Assembly: GCF_036365525.1 (NCBI RefSeq)
Contig: NC_090395.1
Location: 65,745,326-65,809,325 of the forward strand
Reading direction: 5' to 3'
DNA: 64,000 nt
DNA from: Heterodontus francisci
Taxonomy: Eukaryota
Positions 23,209-35,779 of the stretch are shown in pieces. The position numbers and the translations under genes are program-made. The notes beneath the pieces are model-generated. The model ran no database searches, was not told the origin of the DNA, and was given only the letters and a program-made list of their open reading frames with translations. The number at the start of each line of letters is the position of its first letter. Positions within the stretch are counted from its first letter, which is position 1.

Positions 23209-26200
23209 GTGAGTTTCTATTTTTCTTTAATCATTTCATTATATGTCAACAGTTGGTTGCAGGATATAAAGAGAACATAGTTTGTTGCAATCAACAGTGA
23301 GTAATCTTACATTATCTTAACCAAATTCCTGTCAGCAATAAGATAAGGCAGTCATGAATGGAATGAGTTAATGATTGCCTGCAAGCATGAATTTGGTCAG
23401 AGCACCTTGAGTACTCATACATAAAAATTATAGATCAAAAGATTTTCCCTGTATTATCAACTCTGAAAAAATAGTCTTTGATTAAAACATCAGTTCAAGT
23501 TTGAAGCCAAAGCTTTGTATGGTGGAAATCCAGATGTGTTTGGCTTTGACACACTACAAGAAGTTTATAACATCTGATAAAACCCACAATTTTCTAATTT
23601 TTCACCCATTTTAGTATGTTTTTTTAATCTGAAGTAATTAATCTTGAAGCAGTTTGTAGATTTGAGAAGAGGTTGTGCAAGCAGTGGTACATCTGATTGT
23701 ATACCGTACAATAACAGGAGGATTTGTCAACTTGACCATGTTTCAGAACTCTTCACTTCCAGTAAGAGCACAGGTTCAGCACAATTCTAGTAAAGACCAG
23801 TCTCTAACTCTTTCATCAAGAGACAGGTGATTAAAAGGTGTTGATTTATTAAATCTGTTCCTAATGTTATCATGATAATCACACACTCACATTTACGATC
23901 ATCCTTGCACATACAAATTTTACGTTATTCACCATAAATATGTTTCTTCTCTTTTTCTGCTAAGTTACTTCATGTTTAATAGTGATTTTTAATTATATGA
24001 ATGGTTCTGATTGAGTGAATAGGGATAAATGATTTCTTCTGGTTGGGGAGTTCGTGATGCGGGGTCATCAATTTAAAATTGTTACCAGGAGAGTGAGGAG
24101 AAAGGTTAGAAGTTTCTTTATTCAGAGCATCTTTGCAGAATGGAATGCCCTGTCACAATGAATGGGAGAGACGACTGGAGTTTTTAAAGTAAAAATTAGG
24201 ATAATGATTTAAAGCAAGTTGAAGAAGCAAAAGTATTGGTTTTCGATTGGTCCAGCAAAGTGTTACCACAAACAGCTATGGTTCTCTGAGAACTGCACAG
24301 ACTGCACTATGTAATTGACTGGAACTGATTATACGTACATAATTTGTATGCAACTATCTTCCACACTTCATTGATTTGAGAAATCATCCTGTTTTTATGT
24401 AGTTTTGTAGTTTTTGTCATGAGTTCTGTTTCTTCTAGTTCACAGAAACTCCAAGTAAACTCTATCACTGAATGGTTACAGAGCATTTTGGAAGGCGAGG
24501 GTGCATAGCCAGAGGTCATGGTCCACATTGTTACCAACTATATAAAAAGAAAGATGTATGAGGTCCTGCAGGCTGAGTTTAGGGAGTTAGGAAAGAGATC
24601 AGCAAGTGGGACCTCAAAAGTGGCAAATTCCGGATTACTCCCAAGACCACGTGCTAGTGAGTATAGAAATAGGAGAATACACCAGATGAATGCGTGGCTG
24701 GAGAGATAGTGCAGGAAGGAGGGCTTCAGAGTTCTGGAACATTGGGACTGATTCTGGGGAAGGTGGGACCTGTACAAGCCTAAACCTAAGGTCTACACTT
24801 AAACAGGACTGGGATGAATATCCTTGCAGGAAGGTTTGCTAGTGTTGTTGGGGATGGTTTAAACTAGCTTGGTAGGGGGAATGGGGAGCTAAGGGCAGTT
24901 TCAGATAGCACAATTTCAGGACAGGGAATGGGAGGCAGTAAATTAGTGAGTGACTCTGAAAGACAGAAGAAGAAAAGGCTAAAAAGCGTGCTGCACTGGA
25001 ATTTGCAGTGTTAAAAGGTATTTATTTAAATAATAAATAAAGCCAATGAGCAGAGGGGATAGATAGACAGATGGCAACACGATATCATTGCTATAACGGA
25101 AACTTGACTTAAAGAGGGGCAAGAATAGCAGCTCAACATCCCAGGATATAGAGTTTTCAGGCGGGATAGAGAGGGAGATAAAAAGGAGGGGGCATAGCAT
25201 TATTGGCTAAGGAATCAATAACAGCTGTGAGGAGGGATGATATGCTAAATTAATACGGGTTGAGCTCAGAAATTAAAAAGGGGCAGCCACACGAGTAGGA
25301 GTGTACTATAGACCCCCAAATAGTGAGAGAGAGATAGAAGAAAAAATATGTAGGCAAATTTCAGAGTCCAAAAACTATAGGGCAATGATAGTTGGGGATT
25401 TCAACTACCCTAATATTAAGTGGGATGCAAACAGTGTGAAGGGCACAGAGGGCACAAAATTCTTGAACTGCTTTCAAGAGAATTTTTTTAGCCAGCACGT
25501 AACAAGCCCAATGAGAGGGGGTGCAATTCTAGATTTAGTCTTCAGTAATGAAGGAGGGCAGGTGGATGAGGTAGCAGTGGGTGACCATTTTGGAGATAGT
25601 GACCATAATACAGTTAGTTTTAGCATAATCCTGAAAAATGACAATGAAAAATTAAGAATAAAAGTTCTAAATTGGGGGCAGGAAAATTTTATGAAGCTGA
25701 GAGGTGATTTGGCGAAAGTGGTCTGGATACAGCTACTTGAAGGAAAATCAGTGACAAACCATTGGGAGACTTTGAAAAACAAGATACTACAGGCACAATG
25801 TCAACATGTCCCCACAAAGATAAATGGTGGTACGGCCAAATCTCGAGGCCCCTGGCTATCTAGAAGCATACAGGGTAAGATTAAGCAGAAAAAGAAGGCT
25901 TATGATGATCACAAAAATCTTAATACTTTAGAAAGCCTGGAGGAGTATAGAAAGTGCAGGGGTGAAGTAAAAAAGGAAAGTAGGAAAGCAAAGAGAGGAC
26001 ATGAAAATTATTGGCAGGTAAAATCTAGAAAAACCCAAAGATGCTTTATCTGGACATTAACAGCAAAAGGATAACTAAGGAAAGGGTAGGGCCTATCAGA
26101 GATGCACAAGGGAACTTATGCATGGATGCAGAAGATGTCGGCAGGATTCTTAATGAGTTTTTGTCTCTGTCTTCACAAAGGAGAGGGATGATGCAGACAT

Positions 26201-26228
26201 TGTAGTAAAAAACGAGTGTGAAATATTA

Positions 26229-29200
26229 ACATAGAAACATAGAAAATAGGAGCAGGAGTAGGCCAATCAGTCCTTGGAGCCTGCTTCGCCATTCATTACA
26301 ATCATGGCTGATCATCCAACTCAATAACCTGTTCCTGCCTTCCCCCCATATCCTTTGATCCCTTTTGCCCCAAGAGCTATATCTAACTCCTTCTTCAAAA
26401 CATACAATGTTTTGGCCTCAACTGCTTTCTGTGGTAGTGAATTCCACAGGCTCACCACTGTCTGGGTGAAGTAATTTCTCCTCATCTCAGTCCTGAAAGG
26501 TTTACCTATATCCTTAGACTATGACCCCTGGTTCTAGACTCCCCCACCATTGGGAACATCCTTCCTGCATCTACCCTGTCAAGTCCTGTTAGAAGTTTAT
26601 AGGGTTCTATGAGATCCCCCCTCACTCTTCTGAACTCCAGCGAATATAATCCTAACCGACTCAATCTCTCCTCATACATCAGTCCCTGCCAACCAATTTT
26701 CTATCCATCACAATACACTACTCCCAATCCCATGCGCTTTAATTTTACATGCTAATCTCTTATGTGGGACTTTGTCGAAAGCCTTCGGAAAGTCCAAATA
26801 AACCACATCCACTGGCTCCCCCTCATGAACTCTACTAGTTACATCGTCAAAGAATTCTAGTCGATTTGTCAAGCATTATTTCCATTTCGTAAATCCATGC
26901 TGACTCTGTCCGATTCTACCACTGTTCTCCAAGTGCTCTGCTATACAATCTTTGATAATGGACTCTAGAATTTTCCCCACTACCAACGTCAGGCTGACTG
27001 GTCTATAATTCCCTGTTTTCTCTCTATCTCCCTTTTTAAATAGTGGGGTTACATTAGCTACCCTCCAATCTGTAGGAACTGTTCCAGAGTCTATAGAATC
27101 TTGGAAGATGACTACCAATGCATCCACTATTTCTGGGGCCACTTCCTTAAGTACTCAGGCCCTGGGGATTTATCGGCCTTCAATCCCATCAAATTCCCCA
27201 ACACCATTTCTCTACTAATACTGATTTCCTCCAGTTCCTCCCTCTCACTAAACTCTGTGTTCCCCAACATTTCTGGTATAATATTTGTGTCCTCCTTTGT
27301 GAAGACAGAAGCAAAGTATGCATTTAGTTGGTCAGCCATTTCTTTGTTCCCCATAATAAATTCCCCTGTTTCTGACTGTAAGGGACCTACATTTGTCTTC
27401 AACAATCTATTTCTCTTCACATACCTATAGAAACTTCTACAGTCAGTTTTTATGTTCCCCACAAGCTTACTCTCGTACTCTAACTTCCCCTTCTTAATCA
27501 ATCCCTTGGTCCTCCTTTGCTGAATTCTAAACTGCTCCCAATCCTCAGGTCTGTTGTTTTTTCTGGCAAATTTGTATGCCTCTTCCTTGGATCTAATGCT
27601 ATCTCTAATTTCCCTTGTAAGCCATGGTTTGCTTACCTTTCCCATTTTACTTTTGCGCCAGACAGGGATAAACAATTGTTGCAGTTCATCCATGTGCTCT
27701 TTGAATGTTTACCTTTGCCTTTTCACTGCTCTCCCTTTAAGAAATGTTTCCCAATACGTCATAGCCAACTTGCGCCTCATACTTTTGTAGTTTCCTTTAC
27801 TAAGATTCAGGACCCTAGTCTCACAAACAACGACATCACTCTCCATCTTGATGAAGAATTCTATCATATTATGGTCACTCATCCCCAAGGGGTCTCACAC
27901 TACTAGATTGTCAATTATTCCTCTCTGATTCCACAATACCCAGTCTAGGATGGCCTGTTCTCTAGTTGGTTCCTCAACGTTGGTCCAGAAAACCATCCTG
28001 TATACACTCCAAGAATTCCTCCTCTATGGTATTGTGACTAATTTGATTTGCCCAATCTATATGCAGATTAAGGTCACCCATAATTACAGATGTTCTTTTA
28101 TCGCATGCATCTATAATTTCCTATTTAATACCATTCCCAACATCACCACTACAGTTTGTAGCCAGAGCTGGCGGGCAGCCATAAAGACAGGGCTAAATTG
28201 TGGTGAGTCGAAGAGACTTAGTAGTTGGCAGGAAAAAAGACAGAGGCGCAAGGGGAGAGCCAACTGTGCAACAGCCCCGACAAACAAATTTCTCTGCAGC
28301 ACCTGTGGAAGAGCCTGTCACTCCAGAATTGGCCTTTATAGCCACTCCAGGCGCTGCTTCACAAACCACTGACCACCTCCAGGCGCGTATCCATTGTCTC
28401 TCGAGATAAGGAGGCCCAAAAGAAAAAAAGAAAGAAGTAACGTTTTTTGCCCCCTAGTGTTTCTCAGCTCTACCCATACAGATTCCATATCGTCAGAGCT
28501 AATATCTTTCCTCACTATTGCGTTAATTTCCTCTTTAAGCAGCAGTGCAACTCCACCGCCTTTTGCTTTTTTTTCTGTCCTTCCTAAATACTGAATACCC
28601 CTGGATGTTAATTTCCCATCCCTGGTCACCTTGGAGCCATGTCTCCATAATCCCGACTATATCATACCCATTTACATCTATTTGTGCGATTAATTCATCC
28701 ACCTTATTGCGGATGCTCCGCGCATTAATGCACAAAGCCTTAAGGCTTGTCTTTTTAACATTACTTGTCCTCTTCCCACTATTTTTCACTGTGGCCCTGT
28801 TTGATTCTGGCTCTTGATTTCTCTGCCTATCACTTTTCTTATTCCCCTTACTGTCTTTTGTTCTCGTCTTTGATCCCCCCTCCTCTGACTCCTTGCAAAG
28901 GCTCACATCCCCCTGCCATTTTAGTTTAAACCCTCCCCAACCACTCTAGCAAATATTCCCCCTAGGACATCAGTCCCGATCCTGCCCAGGTGTAACCCGT
29001 CCAGTTTGTACTGGCCCCACCTCCCCCAGAACCGGTCCCAATGTCCCAGGAATCTAAAATCCTCCCACCATCTCTTCAGCCACGTATTCATCTGATATAT
29101 CCTGCTATTTATACTCTGATTAGCACATGGAACTGGTAGTAATCCTGAGATCACTACCTTTGAGGTCCTACTTTTCAACTTACATCCTCATTCCCTATAT

Positions 29201-29604
29201 TCTGCTTTCAGGACCTCATCCTTTTTTTTACCTATGTCACTTGTACCAATGTGTACCACGACCACTGGCTGTTCACCCTTTCCCTTCAGAATGTCCTGTA
29301 ACTGCTCTGAGACATCCTTGACCCTAACACCAGGGAGGCAGCATACCATCCTGAAGTCTCTTTTGCGGCCACAGAAATGTCTATCTATTCCCCTTACAAT
29401 TGAATCCCCTATAACTATTGCATTCCCACAATTTTTACTCCTCCCCTGTGCAGCAGAGCCAATGGTGCTGCAACGAATTGGGCTGTTGCTGCTTTCCCCT
29501 GAGATACCATTCCCCACAACTGTATCCAAAGCAGTAGATTTGTTTTGCAAGGGAATAGACACAGGAGATTCCTGCACTGCCTGCCTAGTCCTCTTGCTCT
29601 TAGC
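26229..29604 (-). mobile_element. CR1 LINE nested in antisense, with internal deletions
   Basis: ORF1 VIGDSIVRGID..VCCLPG..VVVHIGT; ORF2 NARSIRNK, GNYRPVSLT; tail (CATAGAAA)n at 26229; TATTA at both junctions (possible TSD). Confidence 0.88.
28158..28436 (+). mobile_element. RTE-clade LINE 3' fragment nested in CR1
   Basis: CSTCGRACHSRIGLYSHSRRC motif and AAG-rich tail. Confidence 0.8.
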
Positions 29605-30358
29605 TATTAGATACGATAAGCATGATGAGAGAGGACGTACTAGAGGGTCTGACATCCTTGAAAGTGGATAAATCGCCAGGGCCGGATGGATTGCATCCCA
29701 GGTTGTTAACAGAAGCAGAAAGGAAATAGCTCATGCTCTGAGGATCATCTTCAAATCATCACTAGATACAGGTGAGGTACCAGAGGATTGGAGGTTTGCG
29801 AACATTGTACTATTGTTTAAAAGGGTGCGAGGGATAGGCCAAATAATTATAGGCCTGTCACTGTGACCTCAGTGGTGGGTAAACTATTAAAATCAATTCT
29901 GAGGGATGGATAAACTGCCACTTAGAAAGGCATGGATTAATCAGAGATGGTCAGCAGGAATTTGTTAAGGGAAGATCGTGTCTTACTAACTTGACTGAAT
30001 TTTTTGAAGCCGTAACAAGGAGGATTGATGAGGGTAGTGCAGTGGATGTGATCTACATGGATTTTAATCGTCATTTGACAAGGTCCCACATGGCAGACTG
30101 GTCAGAAAAATGAAAGCCCATGGGATGCAGGGGAATGTGGCAGATTGGATCCAAAATTGGCTCAGGAAACAAAGGGTAGTAGTCAATGGATGTTTTTGCA
30201 AGTGGAAAGCTGTTTCCAGTGGCGTTCCACAGGGCTCAATGTTGGGTCCCTTGCTGTTTGTGGCATGTATTAATGATTTGGATTTAAATGTGGGAAGCAT
30301 AATTGGGAAATTTGCAGATGACACAAAAATTGGCCATGTAGTTGATAGTGAAGAGGAT

Positions 30359-30798
30359 TAAAGGCCTGCTCAAGTCAGAAAAAAAAACGACCCGAACCCG
30401 ATGGAACCACATTGGACCCAAGCCCGACCCGACCCGGGTCCCTCCATTTCCCCCCCGAGCCCTACCTGACCTACCCTGACCCGACCCAAGCCTGTCCCAA
30501 CCATTGCAATGTTCCCTTTACTTACCTTCCGACTCCCAATCTGCTGGAAGCTGCAGCATGAGCATGATGACGTCATAGAAACGCTCACATGCTCACTGCG
30601 CAGACTCAGAGTTTCCCCGCTTGACGTCCCAGACTCACAGCTCAGGTAAGTTTTTGACTTTTAACACTTAGCTTGCTGTGTGTGTCCGTCCCGGCCCGAC
30701 TCGAGCCCGAAGGCCAGACCTGGAAGAGCGGCCCGACCCGACCCGAAACCAACACGTCGTCGGGTCCTGTCGGGTTTGGGTTGGGTAGCAGGCCTTTA
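30359..30798. mobile_element. Non-autonomous hAT-type MITE
   Basis: 12-bp TIR TAAAGGCCTGCT/AGCAGGCCTTTA, 8-bp TSD AAGAGGAT (30351-30358, 30799-30806), subterminal CCCGA repeats. Confidence 0.88.
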
Positions 30799-31106
30799 AA
30801 GAGGATAGCTATAGACTCCAGAATATCAGTCGTTTGGTTGAGTGGGCGGAAAAGTGGCAAATGAATTCAATCCGGAGAAGTGTGAGGTAATGCATTTGGG
30901 GAGGGCAAACAAAGCAAGGGAATACACCATAAATGGGAGGATATCGAGAGGGGTAGAAGAAGTGAGAGACCTTGGAGTGCATATCCACAGGTTCCTGAAG
31001 GTGGCAGGACAGGTAGTTAGAGTGGTGAAGGCAGCATATAGAATACTTTTCTTTACTGGCCGAGGTATAGAATACAAAAGCAGGGATGTAATGCTGGAAC
31101 TATATA

Positions 31107-32010
31107 GAACAAAGAACAAAGAAAATTTAAAGCATAGGAACAGGCCCTTCGGCCCTCCAAGCCTGCACCGATCCAGATCCTCTATCTAAACATGTCGCCT
31201 ATTTTCTAAGGGTCTGTATCTCTTTGCTTCCTGCCCATTCATGTATCTGTCTAGATACATCTTAAAAGACGCTATCGTGCCCGCGTCTACCACCTCCGCT
31301 GGCAACGCGTTCCAGGCACCCACCACCCTCTGCGTAAAGAACTTTCCACGCATATCCCCCCTAAACTTTTCCCCTCTCACTTTGAACTCGTGACCCCTAG
31401 TAATTGAATCCCCCACTCTGGGAAAAAGCTTCTTGCTATCCACCCTGTCTATACCTCTCCTGATTTTGTACACCTCAATCAGGTCTCCCCTCAACCTCCG
31501 TCTTTCTAATGAAAATAATCCTAATCTGCTCAACCTCTCTTCATAGCTAGTGCCCTCCATACCAGGCAACATCCTGGTGAACCTCCTCTGCACCCTCTCC
31601 AAAGCATCTACATCCTTTTGGTAATGTAGCGACCAGAACTGCACGCAGTATTCCAAATGTGGCCGAACCAATGTCTTATACAACTGTAACATGACCTGCC
31701 AACCCTTGTACTCAATACCCCGTCCGATGAAGGAAAGCATGCCGTATGCCTTCTTGACCACTCTATTGACCTGCGTTGCCACCTTCAGGGAACAATGGAC
31801 CTGAACACCCAAGTCTCTCTGTACATCAATTTTCCCCAGGACTTTTCCATTTATTGTATAATTCACTCTTGAATTGGATCTTCCAAAATGCATCACCTCG
31901 CATTTACCCTGATTGAACTCCATCTGCCATTTTTCTGCCCAACTCTCCAATCTATTTATATTCTGCTGTATTCTCTGACAGTCCCCTTCACTATCTACTA
32001 CTCCACCAAT
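31107..32010 (-). mobile_element. Young 5'-truncated CR1 LINE
   Basis: Uninterrupted C-terminal ORF2 (ORF 31186..32067); tail (AAAGAAC)n of the same type as the 19787 copy. Confidence 0.9.
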
Positions 32011-32808
32011 CCCAGAGGGTGTCTGGAATTCACTGCCAGGGATGGTGGTGGAGGCAGAAACCCTCAACTATTTTAAAAGGTACCTGGACCTGCTGTAATG
32101 TGCTGATGTGCTGTAACCTGCAAGGTTACGGACCAGGTGCTGGAAGGTGGGATTAGATTGGGCGGCTCATCTTTTCAGCTGGCACAGACACGATGGGCTG
32201 AATAGCCTCCTTCTGTGCCGTAACTTTTCTATGGTTTGATGGTTTGCTGTTTTGCTCTGATTAAATAGACTCTGCTGAGTAAATAGATTTTGTTTGCTGT
32301 CACATAATTTAGTCTCATCCCACCTCCATCTCACAAATTAGTGTCAACAGACACTGATTTCTCCCTGTGATGAATAGTTTGGTCTCCCACTGATGACACA
32401 ACAGATCAGGAGCTCATGTTCAGGGTAGAATTGATCGGTCTTTGTGTCACAAAACACTTTGTGGTGGTGGAGGGGCAGTGAGTTAATTTTCACATTCAGG
32501 TCTTGGATGGTAATCTAATAGAGTGCCTTGCAGCAAACAGGATGAAGCTCAGGCAGGTTCGACAACAGGCAGATAAACTGCTCTGTCAGATGGTGAGGGT
32601 GAAAGTTACCTCAATTTTGTAATGAATATTATGCATAATAACCCGAGCAATTTTTCTCTATGTGGGGAACCTTGGGTGCAAAGCAGATGAAGTTCACATA
32701 AATGATCAGTGTAGAGCTGTGCACACTCAACATGTGCTCAGTTTAGACATTTTAAACATGTTAACCATTCCTGTTACAGCTCTTTCAACAGTAACATTGT
32801 ATTTTCAG

Positions 32809-32861
32809 ATACAAGCTACATTATTTGTCATGGAAGAGACAAGACTCTGAACGATAATCAG
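32809..32861 (+). CDS. Gene A exon 6: short cytoplasmic exon DTSYIICHGRDKTLNDNQ
   Basis: Acceptor attttcag (phase 1), consensus donor CAG|GTAAGT (phase 0); bridges the TM and ITIM exons in frame. Confidence 0.72.
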
Positions 32862-33924
32862 GTAAGTGTGAATTCCCTGAAAAATGCTTGGCAATTTGCA
32901 AAACCAGATTCCATAGAATTTACAGCACAGCAACAGACCATTTTGCCCTACACGTCTATGCTGTCACAGACATTAACTGTTCCTCTCTCCACAGATGCTG
33001 CAAACCTGCTGAGTATTTGCAGAAAGTTCTGGGGTTTTTTTTCAGATTTCCAGCATCCGCAGTATTTTGCTTTTATTATATTGGTCTATGCTGTCATTTA
33101 TGCTCCACACGAGCCTCCTCCCATCCCCTTCATTTAATTCTATCCCTAATCCTATCCTTCAATTCCTTTCTCCATCTTGTGCTTACCTCGCTTCCCCTTA
33201 AATATGTTTATGGTATTTGACTCAAATAATCCTTGGATTGATTACAATCTTTAATATCATTTCTGATGGGCAAAATGGGAGCTTCACCTTTACAGTTAGA
33301 AGTGAAACTTTGTTAATCGTTTAGTCCCACCTTTGGATTTGATGACTTTGCTCAGTCTACATTTTCATAATATTCCCATAAAGTCCCAATTCCAAATGCA
33401 AAGGCAGAAAAAACTTTTAAGATAACCTGATAGAGATCTTCAATAATATGGAAGGGGTTGACAGGGTAGATGTACAGATGATATTTCCATCTGCAGGTGA
33501 GACCAAAGCCAGGGGTCATGAATAGAAGATAGTCACTGATAAATGGAATAGGGAATGAAGGAGAAATATATTTACTCAGAGACTGGTCAGAATATGCAAC
33601 TAGCTACCACATGGAGCATTTGAGGTGACGGTCATAAATGCATTCAAAAGAAAGCTAGATAAGCACATGAGGCAGAAAGGACGAGAAGGATAAACTGATG
33701 GGGTTAAATGAAGAGGGGCGAGAGCAGGATTGTGTGGAATGTGAATGTTAGCATGGACCCATTGGGCCGAATGGCTTGTTTCTGTGTTGTAGATAACTTG
33801 CAAAACTTTGCAAAATGCTGTAAACTGATTTGCAAAATCTAGAAATAGATTTCTCCCCATAACAGCACAAATCATCATGCAAGTTAATCAGAAAAAAATT
33901 GGACCTTCTCTATTTTAGCAATAG

Positions 33925-34332
33925 GCAGCAGTGGAAGAGACCATTCAATACGCAAGTGTAAACCACATTCGAAGTGGCTCAGCAGAAACATGTAGCGAGG
34001 GAGTGGCCCAGTTGAATAATGATGAAAACGGAATCACATATGCAGCAGTGCAGTTTCAAAAGAAATCGTCAGCACGGAGCGGTGAGGTGGCAAAGCGTTT
34101 AGTTAACAACAAGGACAGTGTCATCTACAGTGGTCTCAACATTCAAAGCCGGCCCCCAAAGAACAATCAAGAAAATCCATCAGTTGATACTCCGCAGGAC
34201 CTCTCAAATGGTCATTTATGTCACTGCTACTCATTAGGAAAACCATTCATCTGGTGCATCTGTTGCTTACTGCTCTTACTTTGCATTCCAGTTGCATTGA
34301 ACTTCATCTGGCATGAACCAACTGTAACTTGA
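33925..34332 (+). CDS. Gene A exon 7: cytoplasmic tail with ITIMs IQYASV, ITYAAV, VIYSGL (4th motif VIYVTA in +1 frame, stop at 34237)
   Basis: ORF 33931..34332 has three consensus (I/V)xYxx(L/V) motifs; phase-0 acceptor AG at 33923-33924. Confidence 0.85.
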   Translation, partial: AAVEETIQYASVNHIRSGSAETCSEGVAQLNNDENGITYAAVQFQKKSSARSGEVAKRLVNNKDSVIYSGLNIQSRPPKNNQENPSVDTPQDLSNGHLCHCYSLGKPFIWCICCLLLLLCIPVALNFIWHEPTVT

Positions 34333-34480
34333 GCTGTTGCCTCCAATTCCACTGTTCCTGCCAGTTTGGTATCATCAGCAAATGTAATCAATTTACATTG
34401 AGTTTGAGTCCAGGTTATTTATATAAATGTCAAATAGTTGTGGTCCCAAAACAGAGCCTTGTAGCACCCCACTCAGTATC
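34275..34480 (-). mobile_element. Ancient CR1 RT fragment
   Basis: Antisense SGVLQGSVLGP, FADDTKL and QMKFN motifs. Confidence 0.7.
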
Positions 34481-34627
34481 CATCCCTCCCACATACCCAG
34501 CCCACGATAAGATAATGGCTCTAAGGTGTCAGCATTGCCCTAGAATCAAATGCCTGTCCTCAAGGCAGAAAGTCAAGGGTTTAAGCCCCACTCCAGACCT
34601 TGAGCAAATATTCCATGCTGGAACTTG

Positions 34628-35697
34628 GGGCAGAATCTTCCCGGTCCTGTAGAGGCTATCTTGAAGGCCGGACTGGGAGGAAATTTTGAAATGAGGATGT
34701 CGGGTCAACTGCATAACGTGCTTCCCACCACCAGGTGATCCTGCTGAGGAGGGTCATCACCAGCAAAGGCAATCTGGTCAGTAGCAGCAGGTAGCCAACA
34801 ATTTGAATAGTTATGTGCCCATTAGGGGGCAGATTGGGGACGCCAATGGGCAACCCCCTGCTGAGGCCAAAGCCTGGGGGGAGCCTGGAAGCCGCCTGCC
34901 GGCAGCTGGCCATGGAGCTCACAAAGTCGCCTTCTTTTAAATTTTCATGGGATATGGGGATCGCTGGCAAGGCCAGCATTTGTTACCCATCCCTAATTAC
35001 CCTTGAGAAGGTAGTGGTCAGCTGCCTTCTTGACCACTGCAGTCCATTCTGGTGCGGGTACTCCCATAGTGCCGTTAAGGAGGGAGTTTCAGGATTTTGA
35101 TCCAGTCACAGTGAAGGAACAGTGACATATTTCTAAGTCAAGATGGCGTATGTGGTTTGGAGGGGAACCTGCAGGTGGCGGTGCTGTCATGCATCTGCTG
35201 CCCTTGTCCTTTTGGTGGTAGAGGTCGCGGGTTTCGAAGGTGCTGTCAAAGGAGCCTTGGTGAGTTGCTGCACTGCATCTTGTAGATGTTACACACTGCA
35301 TCCACGCCCCCACCAGAGCAGCAGGGATCAGCAGGCCACAGCTGTGGCCAGAGGTCATCTTGAAGACGGATCTCCCCTCCACAGGGGTGAACGGGCAGCA
35401 GTGGCTACAGTTTTCTTTTTAAATGGATTCCACTTCAGAACATGCCTCAGGATGAAGGCACCCTAGCAATCTCCCTCCTACAGCAACAGCGCCCACCTCT
35501 GCCAGTGGGGCAGCTGGCCTTCCAAGGCTTCAGGCCCTCTGATTGGGCTCACAGCCTCAAGAGCCCAACCACCGTCCTTAATTGGACAGAGGACAGGAAG
35601 ACGGCCAATTATGAGGCCGCCTCCCATCAAATCATGGGGTCGGGATCCAGAAATGGTCCCTATCTGCCATTATATTTAAAGAGGACAAGATTCCACC
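34628..35697. mobile_element. Harbinger-like MITE inside a DeuSINE, containing an antisense LINE tail (~34935-35300)
   Basis: Imperfect TIRs ggcagaatctt / aagattccacc; the DeuSINE resumes at 35698. Confidence 0.55.
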
Positions 35698-35779
35698 TTA
35701 TAGTGCAGTACTAAGGCAGTGCTGCACTGCCAGTACTGTCATCTTTTGGGTGAGAGGTTAAACTGAGGCAGACAGTCTT

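Larger units (their letters stand above)
24470..32240 (+). mobile_element. Near-full-length CR1 LINE (ORF1 esterase-like + APE/RT ORF2) split by three nested insertions
   Basis: VMVHIVTN/SGLLP (ORF1), YYRPPN, VGDFNYP, SDHN, GVPQGSMLGP, FADDTK. Host segments 24470-26228, 29605-30358, 30799-31106, 32011-32240. Confidence 0.85.
10909..34237 (+). pseudogene. Receptor gene A: CD300/CMRF35-pIgR-like (MDIR-type) inhibitory Ig-superfamily receptor, 7 exons; full-length form disrupted, possibly functional as an exon-3-skipped isoform
   Basis: Phase-compatible GT-AG exons 10909-10948, 14739-15050, 18809-19131, 20438-20558, 23123-23208, 32809-32861, 33925-end. In-frame TGA and 1-nt deletion in exon 3; probable +1 frameshift at ~34210. 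Confidence 0.6.
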
